A stretch of DNA of 64,000 nucleotides from Moniliella sp. 'wahieum' (taxonomy: Eukaryota). Positions 13,849-25,479 of the stretch are shown in pieces. The translations under genes were made by a program, and so were the position numbers. The notes beneath the pieces were generated by a model, which saw only the letters and a program-made list of their open reading frames with translations, was not told where the DNA came from and did no database searches. The stretch lies in the NCBI GenBank assembly GCA_003971905.1, contig RSEE01000069.1, forward strand, positions 1 to 64,000, written 5' to 3'. Numbering within the stretch: position 1 is the first letter of the stretch; every line of letters starts with the position of its first letter.

Positions 13849-14724
13849 ATGGCCGAGTCCAACTACGACTTTTCTACAAGGTCGTCCTCGTCGGCGATGC
13901 CGCCACCGGTGCGTTCCCTTCCGTCCTTGCTCCTCTGCGCTGCTGCTGTGGCTGACAGCGCGCCCGCTCGGCTGCAGGCAAGTCCAACCTCCTGACGCGC
14001 TTTACGCGCAACGAGTTCAACCCCGATCGAAGAGTACATTGGCGTCGAGTTTGCCACCCGCAGCGTCGCTGTCCAGGACAAGGTGATCAAGGCCCAGATT
14101 TGGGATACAGCTGGCCAGGAGCGGTACCGCGCTATTACCTCGGCCTACTATCGCGGCGCGGTAGGTGCGTTGCTTGTCTACGACATCTCCAAGCACCAGT
14201 CCTACGTCAATGTCGCCCGCTGGCTCAAGGAGTTGCGTGACCAGGCTGACAGCAACATTGTCATCATGCTCGTCGGGAACAAGAGTGATTTGAAGCATCT
14301 CCGTGCTGTGCCCACTGAGGAGGCTCAGGCATTCGCTAGTACGTCCCCTCCCGATCTGCTATCCGATTTCCAGTTTGTCGTCCGGTTCTTACCTGACTCA
14401 CCCTCTGCTCTTAGCGGAAAATGGACTTTCGTTCATTGAGACGTCGGCCAAGGAAGCCTCCAATGTCGATCTGCGTTCCAGAAACATCATTACCGGTACG
14501 TCCCCTTCCCCCCCCCCCCCACTTTCCTCCTCTGCGCGCGACCTCTCCTGTCTCACGTCCTAATCGCTAATCGCTTTCTATCTGCACACAGAGATTTACA
14601 ACATCGCCTCCAAGCAGACCTTACAGGATTCGGGCAGCGGGATCAAGCCACTGGTGGAGAGACGATCACAGTGCAGCCCAGTGCCAACGATGGTGGTTCG
14701 GACGCCAAGTCGGGGTGCTGCTAA
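13849..14724 (+). CDS. RAB11: Rab11/Ypt3/Ypt31-family small GTPase, 3 coding introns
   Basis: [87 protein letters not shown], and C-terminal prenylation motif GCC*. Intron 13909-13977, with others starting near 14339 and 14496. Confidence 0.96.
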
Positions 14725-15521
14725 CGTTTTGATGCTGGTTTTGTTTTTTTGGCTTGACTTTTGTCTCCTTTCTACTAAGGAATCTACCGCTCCCCCTATT
14801 GCTCGCAATGGCCGGTTGTATGACAGGCAAATGACCTGGCCAACAGAATGCTGGACACGTTGAAATGACGAGGGAAGGCGAGAAGGGCGAGAGGGTGGAG
14901 TGATGTAGTGGCGCGGACACGCTACGATTACGCTATGCTATGACAGTGCGCAGGGGTACTTCTCTGGTCCTAACACTCAACACCACCACTTCATCACTCA
15001 ACCATCACTCAACACTCGACGCAGTGGATGTGGAGGGGGGGGTGGATGGGATTCTGAGGTGCCCGGAACGGGATCTGAGTCGCTGAGCCTGCGCCGACAG
15101 CAGTCGTGGTTGCCACCTGGCTTCCCCCGCGTCGGCTTCTCCCCGCCGCGGCGTTCCTCGCTGGCGGTGCGCGTGGGCGTACTGGCGTAGACCCAGTAAG
15201 CCCGGCGGGCGTAGCCGGCGTAGGCGCCCTGGATGGATGGGGGCGCCGCCGCTCGCTTCCACTGCGTGGGGCCCAGGAGCCCAACAGCACCCGCACCGCG
15301 CCAGTATAAGTGGTGCGCCGCGCGAGCACTTGCTCACTGCCCCCGTGCCTGCCCTGCCGTCGCCTGCGCCCCCCCCGCCCGGCCTGCTTCACTTAAACCC
15401 CCCGCGGGCTTCGCTCCACGACCCCACCACCACCACCGCTATTACCACCCCCACCGCCATCGCATCGCTTCGCACCCCCATACCCATACCCACCTACCCC
15501 ACCCTCCTGCTGCCCTAAACC

Positions 15522-16922
15522 ATGCGCGAGATCGTTCACCTCCAGATGGCCAGTGCGGAAACCAAGTCGGCACCAAGTTCTGGGAAGTCCTCTCGGACGA
15601 GCACGGTATTGACTCGACCGGCAACTACATCGGCAACAATGACCTTCAGTTGGAGCGGATCGATGTGTATTAGTACGTATCCCTATATCGCCTCTCCGCT
15701 ACACCATCGTACCCCCCCCCCCACTGACCTTCCGTCCACGCCAGCAACGAAGCGAGCAACTCCCGCTTTGTCCCCGTGCCGTCCTGGTCGACCTCGAGCC
15801 GGGCACGATGGATTCCATTCGCTCTGGACCTATGGGCGGCTTTTCCGTCCGGACAACTTTGTCTTTGGCAGTCAGGCGCTGGCAACAACTGGGCCAAGGG
15901 CCACTACACTGAGGGCGCTGAGCTGGTGGACTCGGTGCTTGATGTGGTGCGCAAGGAAGCAGAAGGGTGCGACATGCTCCAGGGCTTCCAGATCACCCAC
16001 TCGCTCGGCGGTGGAACGGGTGCGGGTATGGGCACCCTGCTCATCTCCAAGATCCGCGAGGAATTCCCCGACCGCATGATGGCCACCTTCTCCGTTCTTC
16101 TCCCCCAAAGTGTCCGACACCGTGGTGGAGCCCTACAACGCAACCTCTCGGTGCACCAGCTGGTGGAGAACTCGGACGAATCGTTCTGCATTGACAACGA
16201 GGCGTACGATATTTGCTTCCGCACGCTCAAGCTCAAGGCCCCCGGGTACGACGACCTGAACCACCTTGTGTCGCTTGTCATGTCCGGTATCACCACCTGC
16301 CTCGCTTCCCTGGGCAACTCAACTCGGACTGCGCAAACTCGCGGTCACATGGTTCCCTTCCCCCGTCTTCACTTCTTATGGTCGGCTTTGCCCCACTCAC
16401 TGCTCGGGGCAGCCAGCAGTACCGTGCTGTGACCGTGCCGGAGCGGACGCAGCAGATGTTTGAGAGCAAGAACATGATGGCTGCTGCCGACCCGCGCCAC
16501 GGCCGTTACCTTACAGTGGCTGCTTACTTCCGTGGCAAGGTGTCAATGAAGGAAGTGGAGGATCAAATGCAAGCCACCCAAGCCAAGAATGCGGCCGTAC
16601 TTTGTCGAATGGATCCGAACAATGCCAGACCGCCCACTGCGACATCCCCCACGGGCACCAAGATGGCGGTGACGTTATTGGCAACTCGACGGCGATCCAG
16701 GACCTGTTTAAGCGCATTTCGGAACAGTTCTCTGCCATGTTCCGCCGCAAGGCTTCCTCCACTGGTACACCTCCGAAGGAATGGACGAACTCGAGTTCAC
16801 CGAGGCGAGTCCAACCTCCAGGACTGGTGTCCGAGTACCAGCAGTACGCCGAGGCTGGCATCGACGATGGCGAAGAGTACTTGGAAGAGGAGGGCGAGTA
16901 CGAGGCGGAGCCGGAGGCTTGA
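15522..16922 (+). CDS. TUB2: Beta-tubulin, single intron 15673-15744, with multiple apparent sequencing frameshifts
   Basis: [78 protein letters not shown], acidic tail [16 protein letters not shown]. Confidence 0.98.
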
Positions 16923-17480
16923 TTCCTTGTTTTGTGTTTTTCTCCTTTGCCCCCACCACACACCCAGTCCTTTGGCTTCACGGAAACAAAGATTGCTGCT
17001 GCTCCATTATCATTCTTCTCGGTAATGTTAGCGTCTACAGAGTATATAGGGCAATGTTAGGAGCAGTCCGTCTGGATTTAGGCAATGAACCATGAACGTC
17101 CCGTTCCGCAAGGAGTTGGGGCAAGTGATACTCACAGCAGTAAACAGTAAACAGTAATAGACTGTGTTGAATACGTTGAAAGTTGAGCCACTGGCCCGGG
17201 GCTCGTGGATTAGTGGCCAAAACAGTTTTCCCTCCTCTTTCCTTGTTCCGCAGCTCAGCCCCTGGTGGCGACTAGTACCTGTTTGATGTTCCTCGTAGGT
17301 GTTTCTGGCTTGCAAAGGCTACACCTCCACCAGTGCGATTGCATTGCCCTCGAGGACCATCGGCTCCAGGTCTCATCAGAGTTACAACTCTTCTCGCTCA
17401 TTCAGTGAGCAACGGTCATCACTCTCGCGCGCTCCCCATCCCCATCCCCATCCCTCCCCTCTCGTCGTATTTCGTCAACG

Positions 17481-20326
17481 ATGAGCGCCACTGTGAACGC
17501 TACCCTCGGCCTTCAAACCTGGATGGGTCGACGAACAGCTTCCGGCTGCTTTCCTACTGAAGGAATACCTTCGAACGTGCTTCTCAACTGGCCAAGGAAC
17601 AGCTCGGCCAGTACCAAACCCTTTGCCATGTTCTTGAGGGGCAAATAGTTTTGATGGCCACCAAAGGCCACAGCGATGAAACTGGTTTTCAGAACCATCT
17701 ACGACCTCTCTCAGCCCAACTCTATCCCTCGAACAGGAATCGTGATGAAATGGCCGGTGATCATCCAAAGGGGTCCCCAGCGTCTGGGCTTCCCAGACGG
17801 CTGTCGCACGTCACTTGAACGAATTGCGTGGCACCTTCCGCGGTATTTTGCTGGATTTTTGCGATTCATCTTGGTTCTCCTCTTCTTCCCACAAGCAATC
17901 CTCCCAAACGGCTGAATCAGTGGATCCTGTCCTAACTCCACGACAGGTCGTCTCACCTTTACCTGCCGTGGAAACGCTCCCTGCCGTCGCTGTTTCAACT
18001 TCTCCTCCAATCGACGATGAGATCATATCTTGTTGACAAGGCTCAGCTCCATATGTCTGCGGAGTGTCTCGTGGACGTGGCCCAGAATATGTGGGGTGAA
18101 GTGGGCGTATCCGCTGCCATGGCTGTTCTTGACAAGGCCGTTTCCGCAAAGCAATTGACTGAAGTTACTTCGTCGGGTCTGCAGCTGCCGTACCCAGCAC
18201 CACAGATCTGGGAAAGGCCATCGATGATCTTCAAGATTTGATCGACTGGGGTCTCCTTGGAGCCAGGTCAATGATCATGCCGTTCGGGCATTTGGTGCGG
18301 TCCTTGGCGTCCAGGCTTATACGGCCTTGTATCAACGCAATCGTGTAATGGAACAGACCCAAAGACTTTAACTGCTTTGTCCAATCTTACCGACCGTCTT
18401 CACGACGTGGACAAGTTAAACCAGGACAATCTTTTTGGCCATGGATGCCAGCATCTTAACCGTATGGAACTAGCTGTCGAAGGATCTCGGGAGATCATTG
18501 AATTGGGACCTGCCGGCGCACACTATAAAGCTGGTCTAGACGGCAAATTGTTCGTTATCCTTTATGCTCAGCTCCACCGTTCTGTCCATGAATCGCTTAG
18601 TGAGGCTAACATGCCCGCTCTTGCATCCTCACTTTGCCCTTCTGCGACAAAGATACGGCCACTCCTCACCCCAAGAGAAGTTTCCACCATATTGGAACTT
18701 TTTCAATTGCCAATGGGGGTCACGGACTGGGGCTCAGTTTGTCGAACGACATCTTCAATGGGTCCACCGGGTCAACTTGTTACTACTCGCCCTATGAATC
18801 CTGAGCTGCTCCGTCTGGCGGTAATCGTGGCAGGGAAAATAGTGGAATGCTTATCTCGCATGACGGGAAAAATACGAGGATCTTTTGATGCTGGTGCGTT
18901 GAGATGGCCCTGTGAGCCACAGATCGTCTCCGTCGAGAATTACACCGCGAGGGAGTGCTCCACGCGGTGGGGCGTCTCGAGAGGGAGATTCTCTCGCGTG
19001 GCTACCACCTCTTCTGGCGGTGCAGTCTAGCCTCGCGGTACCACAGCAGCTAATCCGGAAGTACCGCCGGGGTTGACCTGGAAGTACCGTCACCTCTTTC
19101 TACTGACCCTCGCGGGACTGCCCTTTGGGCTGCCAGCAACTTGGTTCTCACCCAAGTCATCGCCAGCTGCAGCATCTTTCTGGTGAGTGAACCGGTGTTT
19201 TGCTTTCGTTTCCATTCGTACCCCCCCCCCCATCGGATGTTTCTGTCAAATCCCATTCTCGGTTGCGGGCGCTACGACGTCTACACTTCCGCCTTCCCGT
19301 CTCGTGATAGGACTGCGCGGGAAGTACTTCGGCAGCCATCCTCCCTGAGCGACATGATTCGGGCGCGTGTCCGCCTGTCTTCAAAGATAAGAACACATTT
19401 ACTTCACTCCTCGTATAGTCATGCTTTCTATAGTCCTTACAGATAGAAGGGTCGTACAAGCAATAGCGCTGTCTCTCTCTATATCCATACCGGCACGGTC
19501 CTCCATGTTTTTGTCCATCTCTTTAACCCCTTCACTTGTGGTTCTTTCATTATAATTGGGGGTAAGTGCGTATCTCTGGATGGCCATGGAATCGAGAATG
19601 TGGTGGGACAAGTCATATATCTGTGCCGCAAAGATGACATGCTCCCGCTCGTGGCACGGACGCTAGCTACAAAATGTTTCTTGAACTCTTCCCCTCTCTC
19701 AGTATCACCTCCAAAAGTGCCCATTTCATTGAACCCTCTACCTTTTTGGGACATGAAGGTCCACCGAATCCATGAGCAGGGGAACCAATTTCGCTTGACG
19801 GCAGCTTCCGCCAGCACCTCATCGCTTCCCTGTCTCTTCCCCATCTCATGTTTTCCTTCAAGACGACCGTTCGACCTCCACTAACATTATTGCCCTTCCT
19901 GTTGATCATTTGGCATGCCACATCCCTTTTCTCTTTCCTTCCTCTCGATGCTACCGTACTGGCACCCGACCATTTTTTCCAGGAATTCCTAAATGTGGTC
20001 GACATTTACGTCCAAGGTGATGATTACTCGTGAGCAAAAGTCCGAAGCAGAAAGACGGATACCGAAGCCACCTTCGCCAAATACCGTGCCCGTTTAGTGT
20101 GGTCGGAGGGCATCGTCAGTCCCGGGGCAATACACAAGTTACTTGCTCCCGCGGTTCGAACCTCCGCCGTCAATACTTAATCGCTGTCACCGAAGCGCTC
20201 CAGTTGCTCACAGCCGACGTTAAGGACGCTTACCACTACGCTAATGTGATGGAAGAGGGTTCGTTCGGTCGAGAGGCGGCTGCAGGTGTGGTAAGCCATC
20301 GTATGCACCGCCGGCTTGGGCAATAG
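17481..20326 (+). CDS. Putative orphan multi-exon gene, or decayed gene, with no recognisable family
   Basis: Run of protein-like + strand ORFs (17676, 17815, 18017, 18377..19030, 19600, 19848, 20030) after an ATG preceded by a pyrimidine-rich tract. Donor-like GTGAGT near 19182 and GTAAGT near 19562. Confidence 0.35.
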
Positions 20327-20780
20327 CAACGTGAAGCCTTCAGGACATAGGAACAGGGAGTGGAACAGGACTTGACTGATGGGCCCTTGACTCGATGTGG
20401 CAGAAAGACTATGACCGACGCGACTTAACTGGTAGGACTTGGATGAAGAGTGGGCAGATATTACGAGGAGGAAACGGCTAAGGGGGACGAGAATGCCTAC
20501 TATGCTGGATCAATTGGCCAATAGAGAAGGGAAGAGCGTGCCAATGGACCATGGGAAACCAGGAACGATGCTTATAGACAGAGAGAGAGGAAAACAAAGC
20601 AAGAGAGGAAGATCAGATGAGGACAGCGGAAACGCCAGGAGTTCGGTTTGCCGCATAGGCTAGAGACAGAGAAAGATAGAGGTAAACGGGGACACAGTGA
20701 CAATTGTCGCAAGGATACTGACGACACAGTTAGTGCCCTCCAGAACACTGTGACTACCGACTGATGACTTCAACATTGGC

Positions 20781-20810
20781 AGAGAGGGGGGAATAGTATT
20801 GTCACGCAGA
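20781..20810 (+). mobile_element. Possible polypurine tract followed by an LTR 5' end (LTR retrotransposon relic)
   Basis: AGAGAGGGGGGAATAG (20781-20796) followed after 3 nt by TGTCACG (20800). No second LTR or pol motifs found. Confidence 0.3.
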
Positions 20811-23800
20811 CGCGTGGTCACACTCGGGACCACCATACGTAGTATGTGGTTTGACCAACAGTAAAATTTGTTTAGACTTTTGGAGCGCGTTCTATCGGGA
20901 TGTGGATAGAATAGGAAAGTCGTCGCTCAAATCAGACAAACTCATTCTGACGCAGCATGTAACGTCTCAGCCCCATTACCACATCCGCCTCCAATCTCTG
21001 ATTCTCAGTCCTAGTTCCAGTTGCAATATCCTCAAAAGCTCTTCTTTATCCCGTCCTCCAGAACGTTCACAGCCACGCTACCATCCCAACCGGTAGTACC
21101 TACATGCATCCCACTTGCTACGCAACTGCGACACCTTCCCCCTTTCGCTATGGCCCCATCTTCCTTGTTCATTATTCCAGAAAAACATTCCTAGACCGAT
21201 GCAACCGCCGTTAGTCCCTTAACTTACTCCAATACTTTTGGATATGTCCCTTTGGCGGGTCAACTGTTAAAGTGGAGATGTGTTAACGACCAAATCTGAA
21301 GTACGCTAGCTGCGAAAACGCTGAACATGAAGCTTCCCGGATGATGCTTCCCGGAAGCTTTTCTACCAGGTCATAAACCAGTGCATAACATCCCAACTTT
21401 ATTCACTACATAACAGGCCATAAGCTTCTAGCTATACGCTTGGAAAATGATGTAGGGAGAATGGATATAAATGAGGACCCCAAACATGCGAGCGATCAAT
21501 CGTCGCAAAAAATACGTCAGTATTGGTGCTGTTGCTGATGGGCCATATCTCGATCGCTGGCGATTGGCCAGTGTGCATTCATCTTATCCCGTCGCCTGCG
21601 CACTTTGGTCTGTTTGAAGACAGTATGTTTTTATGCTCACGATGGTTTAACGGCTTCCACCAACCTCCTCGCCATCGGGTCCACGCAGACGCTAACCCAG
21701 ACACCCATCTGTTCTTCAATATAAACAGCTCGCCATTTCAGAAGTCTCGTCGACCAGGGGCTTCTGCTCGTTGGTTCGATCGGTTGCATGTTGCACGGGC
21801 GATCAACTGCCATGATGGTTCTATAGCATTCATCGTTGTGTAATAGTCGGGCAGCGGGGAGAGCAGTGAGAAGAATCCCTGATTAGCTAAGAGGACGGCG
21901 ACAGTTGTTCATTTACAAGAATGCCCACTTAGACTATACCTCTCAAGAGTAAGGTCACCACCCGTTCGCATGGGCTGTGCATCCGGCTATATCAAGACGA
22001 TGGAGCTATGGATATTGACGAAATTCATTTTTCTTCAGTTTCCACAAATTAGTAACATGTGGTGTCGGTGATACTTCAGCTATCATCAACAGACAGTGAA
22101 ACCAAGTGAATTCAACCGCCTATGCCATTGTATCAAAGCAAACCATGCTTGCATTGGTCTCTGCAATGTCGCCCGTCCTGTGGTTGGTCTGCCGGAAATG
22201 TATTAATCAAGCTTGGGTAAAAATGATTTCGCCGGTTGATGCAGACAACATGATGGTACATGAACTTACAGCTGGATAGCCACCAGCATCACACAAACTT
22301 AGATAAAACTGGGAGTATGGGGACGATATGACCGGTGCCCAATCGGTCTCCCCTGTTCTGCATCTTTGATGAAGGTTCGGTCTTACAAATAGGTCGAGAA
22401 CGCAGGTCATTGATCCCCAGCCAAATTGCTTACTGCAAGAAGATAACGACAAAAGAACCAAAATGTATGATTCCATTTCGGAGGAATGGCGCCACCAGTA
22501 CAAGGGCATAGTTGCTTAAAACACACAACAGATGTTGTAAGAGGATCAGACAGATTGAGTTTCGCATTGGCATCCCTAAACAGGCGGTTGTTACTTTACA
22601 TTACCAGCGTATCCAATGAAAAATAGGATGTGATGCAATGCATAGCTGCAATCGATTCTGACTAGGATCTTATATTAGTAGACCTAGCATGATTCGAATC
22701 AATGGAATACATCGCACGAACAAGAACAATTGTTTCACGACTGCACTTACATACGCTGCTACAGCGCACATCAACTCATAATGATCTGTGGCCAAATTGG
22801 CCTCGCCAAGACATGGGGATGGCGAATGGAGAAATGTCAAAAGGGCTCAAGCGACGGTCCAAACTACGAAGTTGTAAATGTGTTTAAGTGGTCCGAAGCG
22901 CCCACTCCATAGCCTGGACGCTGGCCAGATGTCCATAATAGTTGGCTTGTAATGGAAAGGGAAATAGTGCTAAAGCTCATCTTGGAACACCATATCTGAC
23001 GACCATCAGCGGGCGGGATCCATACTGCTGTCCGTCCGGGGGTGTTTAGCACCTTATTTTTGTTTGTCTGTGAAGGACGCGGAAGACTACGATTAGAGTT
23101 TCCTCCATTTCTTTCAGCATTCTTTTTCGTAGGCCAAAGTCCATATTCTCAGGAAAAACCTCACGAATGGGGAGTAAAATGGAACCATGAAACACTTCAA
23201 GTAGTGTATGTTACCTGGCCGAAACGCGTAAACATGCGTCGGGGGTGCTTGGCCCATTCGATGGCCCCCAATATTGATGAGAATGATTTTGTCCGCATGT
23301 TCATTAGCATTTATGGGTTAGAATTAATTACGAGTTCCAGCCACGAAACCAATCCCTACATTAGTGTGATGAGCTCGAACTATGTGTTCCGGGATGGAAT
23401 ATGGATTCTTGGGTGCTCATGTAGGGAGCGAATATTGCCACACTCTTGCTCGGTGTCCTGCGTTTCTATCTGCTCCGTTGTCGTTACTAAAAATGACTTG
23501 AGACCTCCTGTACGCGTGGTAGTTGTATTCTTACGGTGACACCGGACTAACCAGTTGCAACGACGAACGGGAAGGCTGGTGAAAACGTGAATGGGAGCGA
23601 CAGGTATAAAACACGGGATGAGATGTTTTTCGGATCTGTCGGTCAACGTGAACGCAAAACATGACGCTGAAAGAAAACAACGTAATACACACGCTACGTC
23701 GATGTAGGCCTGTAGTACTGGGGGGATTTGGCCTGACACAAAGGGGACGGGTGTCATGGACACATCTGAGAAGGTGAGTGGTAATGGTCGTGTTTGAATG

Positions 23801-23951
23801 GGGGCACGCGGTTCAAAAGTGAGGAGAAAAACGAAGTCATGAGCCAAGGGTGACGTTCTCTTTTTGAGACTACACCATACTCCGCAGCCGTCATTACACA
23901 GCTAGGCCACACGATGTGAGTTACACTGCCGCCCGCCTACACAGCGGATTT

Positions 23952-24103
23952 CAAAAAGAGGTAAAAAATATCAGCGATGTCCGGGGCTGACATCGGCGAC
24001 GTGTTTGCATGGTTTTGAGGAAAATGACGTCAGCGACGTCGAAAAAGAGGTCATTGATGTCAGCGACGGCGCAAAAGAGGTCGTTGATGTCAATGATGTG
24101 CAG
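23952..24103 (+). repeat. Imperfect 30-bp tandem repeat, about 2.6 contiguous copies plus an upstream degenerate copy
   Basis: GACGTCAGCGACGTCGAAAAAGAGGTCATT (24026-24055), GATGTCAGCGACGGCGCAAAAGAGGTCGTT (24056-24085), GATGTCAATGATGTGCAG (24086-24103), and a related CAAAAAGAGGTAAAAAATATCAGCGATGTC near 23952. Confidence 0.85.
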
Positions 24104-24453
24104 CGCGGGGGACCAACTGCCGGCTACATGTGAAACTTTGCATCGTTTCAAAATCCCACAGGCCACACCATTCGTGTCTTTGCTAGGAAATGCTACCAGA
24201 ACCACACCTATAGTCAACACGCGTCCTTCCTATACGCGCTCATGGTAGCTGGCCGAGGGCAGGGAATCGATTTGGCGTCGCACGGAAGGGTGTGCTCTAC
24301 GGGGACATGCGTATTCAGATTAGCCAGGGAACATCGGCAATTGGTGTGGCCAAGGTCTAGTCGTCACAGGTAAATGGAACCTCATTTCATGTGGCCCAAA
24401 AGGCAAGCCATAATGCGGGACAACATTGTGCCCACTGATAGGGGTTTGGCTCA

Positions 24454-25479
24454 TCAAGCGCTCATCCTGAGCCTAGTTCTGCTTGGGCGCGGGAACGCAG
24501 GGATGACTGGTGCAGCCCGCTGAAGATAGGCTTTTGTTGGTCCTTCACATTGCTTTGACCCCGCAACGAAAGTCATGAAAAGTCTGTTGGGTTCTCCGAG
24601 CAAACCGACGAGGTCATCGAGAGTCGTTCCTATACTGATAAATCCATAGTCGGACAGGCGCGTTTGAGAGATGGGTCTGAAACCGAAATCGGTCAAGCGA
24701 GACTGTCTCGAAGAGGTTAGGCTGTGTATACGCGGACTTGACACTCTCTTCACCATCTTTCTTTTTCTTGTTCATCAGGTGTGTGTGCTCGTGAGCAACA
24801 GTTTGACCCATTCCGGGTTGGTTCCTACAACAGTAAGGTTGGATGAGCCGGAGCTTGGGCCCACTGGTCCGTGTAGTATAGGCGTCCTTCATCGCAGCGT
24901 TCCAACTCGTCGGCGGATATTCATTGAACCGGATCAATTGTCGGTGGGCACAGGATGACCCTGACCCCGTCGAACGGACCAGAGCGAACGACACCAGTTC
25001 GACAATGAATAGGTAACGGCAGGTTTTACATTGCGGACCGGCATGCCCTTCAACTGTTCCTTGACGCAAAACTCAGCTTTTGCTAATGAACGCGGTGTGT
25101 GTGTGTGCGATCTGTCCAATGTCCCGGAAGATTGTCATTGGAAGTCTCCGCTCAGAAGCTGGCGTCTGGCAGATAATAAAGGCGATGTGCAGAGCCACGT
25201 CGCATCGCGCCAGAGTCCAAGGAAGTACCGATGCCCAGTAGCTCCCGCAAGGCTAGAGATAAAGGTGACCTAAACCCTAAGGCGTGAGGTAGAGTCGAGG
25301 GGAGTCCACTTATCGAGATCGCCCATACTGATGGGGCAACTAAGGCTAACCTGCGGGTTAATCGATGGTCCCCGGTGGATGACTGAGAAGTGACGCAGAT
25401 GCATCGACAGCGTGGACAGAACAAACTCAATGTTGACCGGGAGGTCCGAGGGCCAACTCTCGACCTGGTCCCTTCTCAC
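24454..25479 (-). pseudogene. Interrupted reading frame of unknown family with a duplicated QxRLxD[FY]GF motif
   Basis: ORFs 25270..25479, 24934..25119 and 24454..24756 lie in the same frame, separated by six internal stops (1 TAG, 5 TGA). Confidence 0.35.

Noticed and set aside
15522..16922. Beta-tubulin pseudogene, programmed frameshifting or benzimidazole-resistance allele
   Set aside because: The indels match the window-wide error pattern, and H6, F167, E198 and F200 appear wild type ([20 protein letters not shown]).
20761..20800. Hammerhead ribozyme core (CTGATGA)
   Set aside because: No matching GAAA and stem II/III arrangement follows. The CTGATAA in the 30.2-kb candidate also fails the CUGANGA consensus.
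23952..24103. CRISPR-like array
   Set aside because: The units are contiguous with no unique spacers, the context is eukaryotic, and there are no cas genes.
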